Assembly (NCBI GenBank): GCA_965233055.1 | Contig: CBDDRJ010000015.1 | Location: 2,457 to 66,456 of the forward strand | Origin: an uncultured bacterium | GTDB lineage: Bacteria > Pseudomonadota > Gammaproteobacteria > Burkholderiales > Burkholderiaceae_D | Length of the DNA stretch: 64,000 nucleotides | Direction of reading: 5' to 3' | Translations under genes and position numbers: made by a program | Part shown: positions 37,887 through 46,688 of the stretch, one piece after another | How positions within the stretch are numbered: the stretch's first letter is position 1 | Layout: each line of letters begins with the position of its first letter | The notes under the pieces: generated by a model | The model's database searches: none | What the model saw: only the letters and a program-made list of their open reading frames with translations | What the model was told of the DNA's origin: nothing

Positions 37887-39239
37887 TTAACGTACGCCGC
37901 TGCCTGCCAGCGCTTCTGCCGACCATTCACTGGCCTTGAGCGGCGCGATGAACTTAACGCCGGTGAAGTGGCCTGACACGCCGGTGATGTTGTACGTACC
38001 GCTGACAAAGTCGTAGATCATGTGATTGCCCGACAACACAGCCTGCGCATCGTAGGCAAATGCCGAATGCGAGAACGAGGTGCGGTACAACTGGCCGCGT
38101 GCATCGTATTCATCCGAGGCGACGGCGATCCAGCTGTCTTCATCGACGTAGAAGGTGCGCTTGCTGTAGATATGGCGCTTGCCCGGCTTGAGCGTCGCTT
38201 CCACCACCCACACGCGGTGCAGCTCCCAGCGCACCAGGTCAGGATTGACGTGGTTGGCCTTGGTGATGTCGGCCACATTCTTGTGGTAGACGATCTTGTA
38301 GGCGTTGTACGGCACGATCATTTCCTTCTTGCCGACCAGCTTGAAGTCGAAGCGGTCGAGCGCGCCGTTGAAGACCCACGCGTCGTCATAGGTCGAAGCG
38401 CCGGCCGAACCAGGGTTTGGCGTGTCGTAGGCGACATCCGGTGCAAGCTTGACGCGGCGCTGGCCTGGCAGGTATTGCCAGACGCGACGCGGCTGCACGG
38501 TTGGATTGACCGAATCGATCGCCAGCAGCGCTTCGCCAGCGCGGCGGGCCGGCGCCAGGTAGGCCAGCTTGGTGCGGAAGAACACGTCGGACTGCTTGGC
38601 CGCCACATTTTTCTTCGGGTCCGACAGCGGGAATTCCTGGTAGATCTCGCCGGTCGTGGCCAAGGTCGGCGTGCCGGACGAGTCGACATTCCACGAGTCG
38701 TACTTGATGAACTGGGCATGGCCCTGGTAGCGCAGCAAGTGATTCCACATCACTTCATTGCCGGTCTTGGGGATCGGGAACGGCACGCCGGACAGCGCGT
38801 TCTCAAGGCCGACACCGCCGTCGGTGGACTTGGCCGCCAGCGCATTCCTGGCCGTGTTCTCGACCTGCTGCTTGGGGAAGTTGACCGGACGGTGCGACGG
38901 GTAGACATCGACGCGGTAAGTCGGGAAGCGCTTGAGCAGTTCGCGGGTGCCAAAGGTGAGCTTGTCGGCGTGGCTGGCCGCGTCCCTGGCCGTGATGACC
39001 AGGCGTGGCTTGTCGCTGGCGTACGGGTCAGGACGCAGGCCGCCGCCCTTGACGAAGCCGGCCGGGATGGTGGTCAGGCCACCCGTGTATTCCGGGATGG
39101 TGCCGTCTTTATTGCCGGCTTTTTCGGCGCCGACCACGGTCAGGTTGGCACCCAACTGCTTGGCTTCGTCAGGCGATACGGCTGCATGGGCGCCGGCTGC
39201 GGCCAGTGCGGCCGCCAGTAAGGAGAAAGTAAGCTTCAT
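37887..39239 (-). CDS. DUF1329-family periplasmic protein (LolA-like fold family)
   Basis: The protein is 450 aa with a signal peptide. It has GTRELLKRFPTYRVDVYPSHR and WNHLLRYQG, which are characteristic of DUF1329. Confidence 0.7.
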   Translation of the reverse strand: MKLTFSLLAAALAAAGAHAAVSPDEAKQLGANLTVVGAEKAGNKDGTIPEYTGGLTTIPAGFVKGGGLRPDPYASDKPRLVITARDAASHADKLTFGTRELLKRFPTYRVDVYPSHRPVNFPKQQVENTARNALAAKSTDGGVGLENALSGVPFPIPKTGNEVMWNHLLRYQGHAQFIKYDSWNVDSSGTPTLATTGEIYQEFPLSDPKKNVAAKQSDVFFRTKLAYLAPARRAGEALLAIDSVNPTVQPRRVWQYLPGQRRVKLAPDVAYDTPNPGSAGASTYDDAWVFNGALDRFDFKLVGKKEMIVPYNAYKIVYHKNVADITKANHVNPDLVRWELHRVWVVEATLKPGKRHIYSKRTFYVDEDSWIAVASDEYDARGQLYRTSFSHSAFAYDAQAVLSGNHMIYDFVSGTYNITGVSGHFTGVKFIAPLKASEWSAEALAGSGVR

Positions 39240-39254
39240 GGTTATCCCTGTCGA

Positions 39255-41198
39255 TCAGAAAGTGGTTTTCAAGGTCACGGCAACGAAGCCGCGATCTTTG
39301 AGCAAGGCGGTCACGCCGCCGCTGGAAGTGATGGCGCCGGTGGCGTCGGTCGTCAGCGGGCCGAAGAAGCCCGCATATTTGACGTCGATGCGGTACTTCT
39401 GGTAAATGTCGAACCCGAGGCCAAGCCCATAGGTGCCGGCGCCCTTATTGCCGCCCGACGTAATGGCGGAATTGCCCTTCAGGCCGGCCGCATACGACAG
39501 CGGCATCGACACATCCACGCCCGGGAACACCTGGAACCAGGTGGGGGTGAAGTTCAGTGCCACGCCGAAGAAATTACGGCTGACCTTGTCGACCCCGGTA
39601 TAGCTGTCGCGCCCCTTGTAGTAGATGTCGCCGGAGGTGACCTTGTCGATCCGGTTATAGACCAGTTCGGCCATGATGGTGGAGGCGTCAAATAGCGGCG
39701 TCTGGGCGGTGGTGGCCAGGAAGTTCAGCACGCCGTGGATGGTGTTGCCACGCGCGCCGCTGACTTCGCCGGCGGCCGGCAGCGCGCCGGCGGCCACCAC
39801 CAGGGTCGGCGCGAACTTGGCGTTGAGGGCCGCGACGATGGCAGGGTTGGTGCCCACTGGCATCAACACCGCTGCCGTGCTCAGCAGCGGCATATGCTTG
39901 CGGTAGTTCATTTCGGCGCCGATCGAGATGCCGCCGATATTCTTCGACAGCGACAGGCCGACGATGTCGATGCCGCTGGCGTATTCGAGCTGGTACTGGC
40001 TGGTGGTGCCCAGTGCCGCCGGATAGAACAGGCAATTGCTGCCGCCGGCCACCATGGCGCCCGGAATGGCCGCGGTACAGGTGGCGTTGCCGACGGCAAC
40101 GGCAGTCTGCAAACCAGCCGACGCCGCTGCAGCTTGGGCAGCGGCAGCCGTGCCGCCGGCGGCCAGCACGGCCGCGGCGGCCTTTTGCGCATTGGCCGCC
40201 ACCAGCGGGCTGCTCTGGCCAAACAGGGCCGACGGCAGGCCGGCCAGGCGCAGATTGGCTTGCGGCAGCAGGTCGGAGGTGCGGCGCAGATAGAGGCCGA
40301 CGGTGCCGTCGAGCCACTCGGGGCTCCAGCGGGCCGCCACGCCGAAGTCGCCGCGCTGCTTCGGTTCGCGGTCGGCACCCTTGAAGCCGACACCGAGCGC
40401 GCCCAGGTTATAGCTTTCGCCGCCCTGCAGGCCGTAGTCGTAGAAGCCGAGGAAGGAACCCGACTCAGGCAGGCGGGCCGGCTTCCACTTGAAGAAATAC
40501 TGGGCCGCCAGCGACAACTCGTTCGATGGCGACAGCTGGACCGAGGCGGCCGCGCGCGGCAGGAACAATTCCTTGGCATCCGAGCCGGGCACCGAATATG
40601 CCTTGATCAGGTCGATCGACGACTGGCCGTAGTTGACGCCGTGGATAGGCGAAATCAGGCTCTCGCCCCAGTACATGGTGTGCTTGCCCAGCTTGAAGTT
40701 GAGCGGCATATCGGCCACGTCGAAACGGCCGAACACGAAGGCGTCGAGCAGTTCGCCCGACGCGCCCTTGTGGTAGCGCTTGGCGTAAGGCGACAGGCCG
40801 AGCGCCGGCTTGCCGCCTTCGTAATGGTTCGAGCTGGCGATATTGGTGTTGTCGAGCTTGGAATAGGCGGCGTCATTCCAGGCAGCGCCACTGATGCGCA
40901 AGCCGAACGACTTGTCATAGACCACGTCGAACTCGGTCATCAGGTCGAGCCGGTTCGATACGGTGCCCTTGTTGAAATTGCGGTCGCCGTCGTCCGAATT
41001 GGGGCTGGCCAGGATCGCGGCCAGCTGGCCCTCGGTGCGGCGGGCATAGTTGTACTTGATGGTGTTGTCGAAGCGGATCGACAAGTCCGGATTGCCGGTC
41101 TCGATCTCGCCGGCCTGGGCAGCGCCGATTGCGCATAATGCGGCCGCGAGGGCCACTGTACGCAGGGCGAATCGCGGTGTGGTTTCAGTGGTGTTCAT
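39255..41198 (-). CDS. DUF1302-family outer-membrane protein
   Basis: The protein is 647 aa with a signal peptide. It has the N-terminal IRFDNTIKYNYARR, an alternating beta-strand pattern and a C-terminal ...VAVTLKTTF. Confidence 0.7.
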   Translation of the reverse strand: MNTTETTPRFALRTVALAAALCAIGAAQAGEIETGNPDLSIRFDNTIKYNYARRTEGQLAAILASPNSDDGDRNFNKGTVSNRLDLMTEFDVVYDKSFGLRISGAAWNDAAYSKLDNTNIASSNHYEGGKPALGLSPYAKRYHKGASGELLDAFVFGRFDVADMPLNFKLGKHTMYWGESLISPIHGVNYGQSSIDLIKAYSVPGSDAKELFLPRAAASVQLSPSNELSLAAQYFFKWKPARLPESGSFLGFYDYGLQGGESYNLGALGVGFKGADREPKQRGDFGVAARWSPEWLDGTVGLYLRRTSDLLPQANLRLAGLPSALFGQSSPLVAANAQKAAAAVLAAGGTAAAAQAAAASAGLQTAVAVGNATCTAAIPGAMVAGGSNCLFYPAALGTTSQYQLEYASGIDIVGLSLSKNIGGISIGAEMNYRKHMPLLSTAAVLMPVGTNPAIVAALNAKFAPTLVVAAGALPAAGEVSGARGNTIHGVLNFLATTAQTPLFDASTIMAELVYNRIDKVTSGDIYYKGRDSYTGVDKVSRNFFGVALNFTPTWFQVFPGVDVSMPLSYAAGLKGNSAITSGGNKGAGTYGLGLGFDIYQKYRIDVKYAGFFGPLTTDATGAITSSGGVTALLKDRGFVAVTLKTTF

Positions 41199-41581
41199 GC
41201 TGCGCCATCTCCTTTGTTGATATTTTTTTGCTGCGGTTATACAACGGGTGATTCAAAGTCCGGGGACGAGCCGCTCCACCGCGCCGGCTGTGGCTGGCGC
41301 GCTGCGGCCCTGGCGGGGCCGTCACTGTCGGGGAGTGCGGATCAGGCGGCTGTGGGTGCGCCTGCTGGTTCGGTGAGTTGCTGCATGGTCGTCTCCTGGG
41401 TTATGCCTATTGAATGCGTGAAACCTATGTTTGGTTTCTTGGATTGCATTGTGGAATGGCAGCACGCCGCACCGCTTGTCATTTTTTGCCAACAACTTGT
41501 TATTTCACGACAGGGGCTGCCGCCACAGAGGGAAACGGCGCAAGATGGAAACCTATCATTTCACGCCAACTGTGGTTTATC

Positions 41582-42610
41582 ATGCAAAAAATGAAATCCT
41601 TGGACAATGCCGCCCCGGCGCGCTACTTTGCCCAGCTCATCGACATGATCGAGGCGCGTGGCATGCCTTGCCGCGACGCCTTGCCTGCCGCCCTGGTCAG
41701 GACCCTGAACGATGCGCAGGCGCGCCTGACCACGGCCCAGATCGATGCTCTGCTGGCCGACCTGATGCGGCTGACCGGCCGCACCGACCTGGCCTATGAG
41801 CTGGGCAAGCTGATCAAGCTCAATTCCCACGATGTGCTCGGCTACGCCATGATCAGTTGCCCGACGCTCGACCATGTGCTGCGCATGGTGGCGCGCTACT
41901 ACCGGCTGATGACACCGCTGTTCACCTTCCGTTATGAGCGGCGCGGCAATGTCGCCGACATTGCCTTCGTGCCGGCGCTGGCCATGAGCGAGCGCACGCT
42001 GCAGTTTCATCTCGAGGCGGTTGCCGTGTCGTTCCAGGTGCAGATGCATGCCGTGGCCCAGGGCAGGATGAGCTGCGACTACCTCTTGTCGATGCCGGCT
42101 CCGGCGCATGAGGCGCGCTACCGTGAATTCCTGCCTTCGCGCTTCCAGTTCGGCCAGCAGTCGCTGCCCGGCGTTGCCATCAGGATGGTCACCGAGCAGT
42201 TCGACGTGCCGCTGGCGATGACCGATTTGCGCGCTGTCGAACAGGCCGAGGCGCGCTGCAAGCTGATGATGCAGGCCTGCTCCAAGGCCGGCAACTGGAG
42301 CGACTGGGTGCGCATGTTCCTGATGGAAGCCGAAGATTGCCAGCCGACGCTGGGCGAACTGGCCGCCATCGCCAATGTCTCGGCGCGCACCCTCGACCGT
42401 CACCTGGCGCGCGAAGGCGCCAGCTTCCGCGAACTGGGCGTGACGGCGCGCAACGAGCGCGCCTGCCAGATGCTGCGCGAGGGCCGCCATGCGGTGTCGC
42501 AAATTGCCTACCGGCTCGGCTACACCGACGTCGCCAATTTCAGCCGCAGCTTCAAGAAACTGAACGGCGTCAACCCGACCGAGTTCGCGGCGGCGGAAAA
42601 AGACAAGTAG
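41582..42610 (+). CDS. AraC-family transcriptional regulator (paralog 2 of 3)
   Basis: The ATG at 41582 gives an N-terminal with APARYFAQLIDMI. The C-terminal has AAIANVSARTLDRHLA...IAYRLGYTDVANFSRSFKKLNGVNPTEF. Confidence 0.8.
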   Translation: MQKMKSLDNAAPARYFAQLIDMIEARGMPCRDALPAALVRTLNDAQARLTTAQIDALLADLMRLTGRTDLAYELGKLIKLNSHDVLGYAMISCPTLDHVLRMVARYYRLMTPLFTFRYERRGNVADIAFVPALAMSERTLQFHLEAVAVSFQVQMHAVAQGRMSCDYLLSMPAPAHEARYREFLPSRFQFGQQSLPGVAIRMVTEQFDVPLAMTDLRAVEQAEARCKLMMQACSKAGNWSDWVRMFLMEAEDCQPTLGELAAIANVSARTLDRHLAREGASFRELGVTARNERACQMLREGRHAVSQIAYRLGYTDVANFSRSFKKLNGVNPTEFAAAEKDK

Positions 42611-42685
42611 TTGGCTGGAAATCACAAGTCCGGCGTGGCCCGTTTGGTGACAATGGGACTTCCGCATACTTGTCGAGGACCCGCC

Positions 42686-43090
42686 ATGCCCCCACGCCTT
42701 CGCCCGCCCCAGGCGATACTGTTTAGTATCCTGTTCCTACTGTCGGCCATCGTCATGATCGCGCTCGGGATCGACGCCCGCGCCTATCTGGTGCCGTCGC
42801 TGAGCCTGCTGCTGGCGGCGTTCCTGCTGTGGAGCGGCCGTGCCGAACGCTGGTTCGTGCGCCTGCTCACACTCAACCAGCTCAGCGCCATCGTCCTGAT
42901 CCTTGACCTGTGGCTGGGCGACCTGCTGCACCTGCCCAAGCTGACCATCGCGGCCACCATGCTGGGCGCCAACCTGCTGCTGGGCGGTCCCTTGATGGGC
43001 ATCCTGTCGATCGGCGCCCTCGCTTCGATGCATTTCAGTAAGACTCTGCCCGCCTGGTTCCAGTCCGGCCGTGCCAGGGAGGCAGCATGA
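42686..43090 (+). CDS. Small integral membrane protein (134 aa, ~4 TM)
   Basis: Starting at the ATG at 42686, the protein is hydrophobic throughout. It has a 4-nt overlap with the next gene. Confidence 0.5.
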   Translation: MPPRLRPPQAILFSILFLLSAIVMIALGIDARAYLVPSLSLLLAAFLLWSGRAERWFVRLLTLNQLSAIVLILDLWLGDLLHLPKLTIAATMLGANLLLGGPLMGILSIGALASMHFSKTLPAWFQSGRAREAA

Positions 43091-44877
43091 TCAAGCTCTT
43101 GGCAGCAGTGGGTGCGCTGGCAGCCATCCATGGCGCTGGCGCCGCCACTCTTAGCGGCACCGTCAGCGGTCCCGACGGCAAGCCTGCCGCCGGCGCCATG
43201 GTGACCGTGTTCAACCAGGCCAAGGACCGCAAGGAAACCGTCTACAGCGGCGCCGATGGCAGCTATGCGATCCGCACCGACTTCGGCGGCAAGCTGGTGT
43301 TGCGCGCTCGCCTGCTCGGCCTGGCAGACGCCAGCCACGAGCTCGAGGCCAGCATCGTCAGCGTGATGCGCCAGGATTTTGCGCTGACCCGCTTCGCCAA
43401 CGCCCAGGCGGCGTCCGATGCCTTGCCGGCCTCGGCCCACAATGCGCGCCTGCCGTGGGCCAGCGTCGACGCCCGCCAGCCCTTCGTCAGCCAGTGCATG
43501 TATTGCCACCAGGTCGGCAACGCCCTGACCCGCGGCGCGCGCCCGCAGGCCGCGTGGGAAGCGACCATCCTGCGCATGGAAGGCTATTTCGCCATGCTGT
43601 CGGGCGCCGAGGTGCGCCATATCAGCGGCGTGCTGGCCAAGGGTTTCGACGGCAAGCCGGTCGCCGCCAGCTATGGCAGCGCCGCCTTCGATCCCGCTTT
43701 GGCCAATGCCAAAATCGAACAGTGGATGGTGGGCGACGCCATGTCCTTCATCCATGACACCGAAGTCGGCGACGACGAAAAGCTGTATGGCACCGACGAA
43801 GGCCACGACATTCTGTGGGTGCTTGACCGCAAGAGCCACAAGATCGAGCAATACAAGCTGCCCGACATCGACCTGCCGGCGGGCGGCGTTTTCTCCGGTC
43901 TGCAACTGCCGATCGGCATCTTCACCGGCAAGCACGGCCCGCACAGCATGGCCCAGACCAAGGATGGCCGTATCTGGATCACCAATGCGCTGTCGTCGAC
44001 CTTGATGTCGTTCGACCCTGCAGCTAAGGCCTTCAAGACCTATCCGGTGCCGGGCGACGCGCTGTATCCGCATACGATACGGATCGACGCCAAGGGCATC
44101 GTTTGGTTCACCATCGTGGCCTCGAACCAGATCGGGCGTTTCGATCCAGTCACCGAGGACATGAAGGTGATGCGCCTGCCGGCCAATGGTTTCTTCCGCT
44201 GGGTCAGCGACCAGCTGTTCCCGACCGTAGTCAAACTGGCCAGCTGGTTCCCCGGCAAGAACCTGCACCTGGACCTGTCGCACCAGCGGTGGCTGGGCCA
44301 CAATATTCTGGCCTTCCCGTATGGCATCGACATCAATCCCAAGGATGGCAGCGTGTGGTACGCCAAGCTGTATGCCAGCAAGATCGGCCGCATCGACCCG
44401 GCCACGCTGGAAGTGACCGAATACGACACCCCGCTCAAGGGTCCGCGCCGTCCGCGTTTCGACCGCCAAGGGGTGCTGTGGATTCCAGCCTTTGACGACA
44501 GCGGCCTGATGTCCTTCGATACCGGCACCAGGAGGTTCAGCGCGCGCCCCCTGCCCTTGCTGGCGCCCGGCGAACACGAAGTGCCTTACGCGCTCAATGT
44601 GCATCCAAGCACTGGCGAAGTGTGGGTCACCGCCAACAATTCGGACCGGGTGCTGCGCTACCTGCCGAAGGCCGACAAATTCATCGCCTACCCGAGTCCG
44701 ACCCGGGTGACGGTGCTGCGCGACCTGGTCTTCACCAAGGATGGCCGGGTCTGTTCGAGCCTGTCGAACCTGCCGGCCTACGGCACCGAGGACGGACTCG
44801 ACTCCTTCATGTGCATCAACCCGGATGGCGCAGCGCAGGACCGCGCCGCCATCGCATCCGACCGAAAGACCAAATAA
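43087..44877 (+). CDS. Periplasmic protein: CarboxypepD_reg-like domain + CxxCH heme-c motif + multi-blade beta-propeller (streptogramin-lyase/COG4257-like)
   Basis: It has a signal peptide and LSGTVSGPDGKPAAGAMVTVF. The heme motif is SQCMYCHQVGN. Six to seven repeats of the type DGxVW(F/Y/I/V)t....s.IGR(F/I)DP.t......P are present. Confidence 0.6.
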   Translation: MIKLLAAVGALAAIHGAGAATLSGTVSGPDGKPAAGAMVTVFNQAKDRKETVYSGADGSYAIRTDFGGKLVLRARLLGLADASHELEASIVSVMRQDFALTRFANAQAASDALPASAHNARLPWASVDARQPFVSQCMYCHQVGNALTRGARPQAAWEATILRMEGYFAMLSGAEVRHISGVLAKGFDGKPVAASYGSAAFDPALANAKIEQWMVGDAMSFIHDTEVGDDEKLYGTDEGHDILWVLDRKSHKIEQYKLPDIDLPAGGVFSGLQLPIGIFTGKHGPHSMAQTKDGRIWITNALSSTLMSFDPAAKAFKTYPVPGDALYPHTIRIDAKGIVWFTIVASNQIGRFDPVTEDMKVMRLPANGFFRWVSDQLFPTVVKLASWFPGKNLHLDLSHQRWLGHNILAFPYGIDINPKDGSVWYAKLYASKIGRIDPATLEVTEYDTPLKGPRRPRFDRQGVLWIPAFDDSGLMSFDTGTRRFSARPLPLLAPGEHEVPYALNVHPSTGEVWVTANNSDRVLRYLPKADKFIAYPSPTRVTVLRDLVFTKDGRVCSSLSNLPAYGTEDGLDSFMCINPDGAAQDRAAIASDRKTK

Positions 44878-46610
44878 TGGGAGCATCCATGCACGCAGTT
44901 GAACACATCGAGGGCAAGCTGGCACGGCTGGCGGCGCGCAAGACCGACTGGGCCGGCCTCGACCTGGCCACTCGCATCGCGCTGCTGGAACAGGTGCGTG
45001 CACGCATTCCGGCTGTGGCCGAACGCTGGATCGCGCTGTCGAACAATGCCAAGGGCCTGAGCGCCGAATCGCCGCTGCAGGGCGAGGAATGGACCTCCGG
45101 TCCGTGGGCCCTGCTGGCCACCTGCGACCACCTGCTGGCCACCTTGCGCCAGATCGCCGCAGACGGCCGGCCGGCGGTCAGCCGCCTCAAGCGCCGCACG
45201 CTCGCCAGCGGCCAGCTGGCCGTCGAGGTATTCCCGCTCAATCTGTTCGACCGCCTGCTGCTGTCCGGGGTCCACGCGGAAGTGTGGATGGAAGCCGATG
45301 TGAGCGAAGCCAACCTGGACCAGCATGTGGCCTTTCATTACCGCGCCGGCGCCGCCCATCCGGGCGAGCTGGCACTGGTGCTTGGCGCCGGCAATATCTC
45401 CAGCATCGCGCCGCTCGATGCCCTGCACAAGCTGTATACCGAAAAAGCCGTATGCCTGGTCAAGCTCAATCCGGTCAATGACTACCTGGCGCCGGTATTC
45501 GACGACATCTTTGCACCGCTGATCGAACGCGATTTCCTGCTCTTCGTCACCGGTGGCGGCGAGCTCGGCGCCTACCTGTGCCAGCACACACTGGTCGACA
45601 CCATCCACATCACGGGCAGCCAGGCTACCCACGACCTGATCGTGTATGGCGCAGCAGAACAAGGCGAGCAGCGGCGCCGCGCCAACACCCCGGTCAACGG
45701 CAAGCCGGTCAGTAGCGAGCTGGGCGCGGTATGCCCGACCATCGTCGTGCCGGGCCCGTGGACGCACGCCGATATCGCCTTCCAGGCCAGGCATATCGCC
45801 ACCCAGAAGCTGCATAACTCAGGCTTCAATTGCGTCGCCTCCCAGGTACTGGTATTGCCGCGCCAATGGGAACACACGGACGCCCTGCGCGCCGCAGTGC
45901 GCGAGGCCGTGGCCGCCGCGCCGGATCGCAAGCCCTACTACCCGGGAGCGCGCAGCCGCCAACAAGCATTCGCCGCCTGCCAGCCTGGCGTGCGCCAGGT
46001 CAACGGCCGTACCGACCAGGCCCAACGCGACATGGTCGAACTGCCGCCCTTGGGCAGCGCCAGCCAATATGCGCACCGTAACGAGGTATTTGCACCGACC
46101 TTGTGCGAACAACTGCTCGACGGCCTGGACCCGGAGATCTACCTGCGCAATGCGATCGACTTCGCCAATACGCGGCTGCACGGCACGCTCGGCGCGAACA
46201 TCCTGATTCACCCGGCCACCATCAAGGCGCTCGGTCCGCGTTTCGACGAATTGCTGGAGGAACTGCGCTACGGCTGCATCGCCATCAACGCCTGGACCGG
46301 GCTGGGCTATCTGCTGACGGTGACGCCGTGGGGCGCCTATCCGGGCCATGTGCCCAACGATGTCCAGAGCGGCATCGGCAGCGTGCACAACACCTTCATG
46401 TTCGACCGCGCCCAGCGCACCGTGGTCAAGGCGCCGTTCCGGCCTTTCCCGCGCAGCCTGCTCGGTGGTGTGCCGACCTTGCTGCCGACTCCGCCCTGGT
46501 TCGTCAGCAACCGCCAGGCGCACAATGTGGCGCGCAAACTGTTCGCGTTCCAGGTCAAGCCTTCGTGGTTCAAGCTGCCGGGGATCTTCTTCGACGCATT
46601 GCGCGGCTAA
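44877..46610 (+). CDS. Aldehyde dehydrogenase superfamily protein (long form, ~577 aa)
   Basis: Its ATG at 44877 overlaps the upstream TAA. It has LVLGAGNISSI, SELGAVCPTIVVPG and the candidate catalytic Cys region HNSGFNCVASQ. Confidence 0.65.
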   Translation: MGASMHAVEHIEGKLARLAARKTDWAGLDLATRIALLEQVRARIPAVAERWIALSNNAKGLSAESPLQGEEWTSGPWALLATCDHLLATLRQIAADGRPAVSRLKRRTLASGQLAVEVFPLNLFDRLLLSGVHAEVWMEADVSEANLDQHVAFHYRAGAAHPGELALVLGAGNISSIAPLDALHKLYTEKAVCLVKLNPVNDYLAPVFDDIFAPLIERDFLLFVTGGGELGAYLCQHTLVDTIHITGSQATHDLIVYGAAEQGEQRRRANTPVNGKPVSSELGAVCPTIVVPGPWTHADIAFQARHIATQKLHNSGFNCVASQVLVLPRQWEHTDALRAAVREAVAAAPDRKPYYPGARSRQQAFAACQPGVRQVNGRTDQAQRDMVELPPLGSASQYAHRNEVFAPTLCEQLLDGLDPEIYLRNAIDFANTRLHGTLGANILIHPATIKALGPRFDELLEELRYGCIAINAWTGLGYLLTVTPWGAYPGHVPNDVQSGIGSVHNTFMFDRAQRTVVKAPFRPFPRSLLGGVPTLLPTPPWFVSNRQAHNVARKLFAFQVKPSWFKLPGIFFDALRG

Positions 46611-46617
46611 TAGCTCG

Positions 46618-46643
46618 TAGGGTGGGCGGGACCGCCCCCCTAC
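46618..46643. repeat. REP-type hairpin between convergent genes
   Basis: The sequence GTAGGGTGGGCGGgaCCGCCCCCCTAC is an imperfect palindrome of the GTAGGGTGGGC family. Confidence 0.55.
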
Positions 46644-46688
46644 AAAACGTGGCGCGCTCGGGCTTGTCCCGCCTGGGCCGACCGGCTG

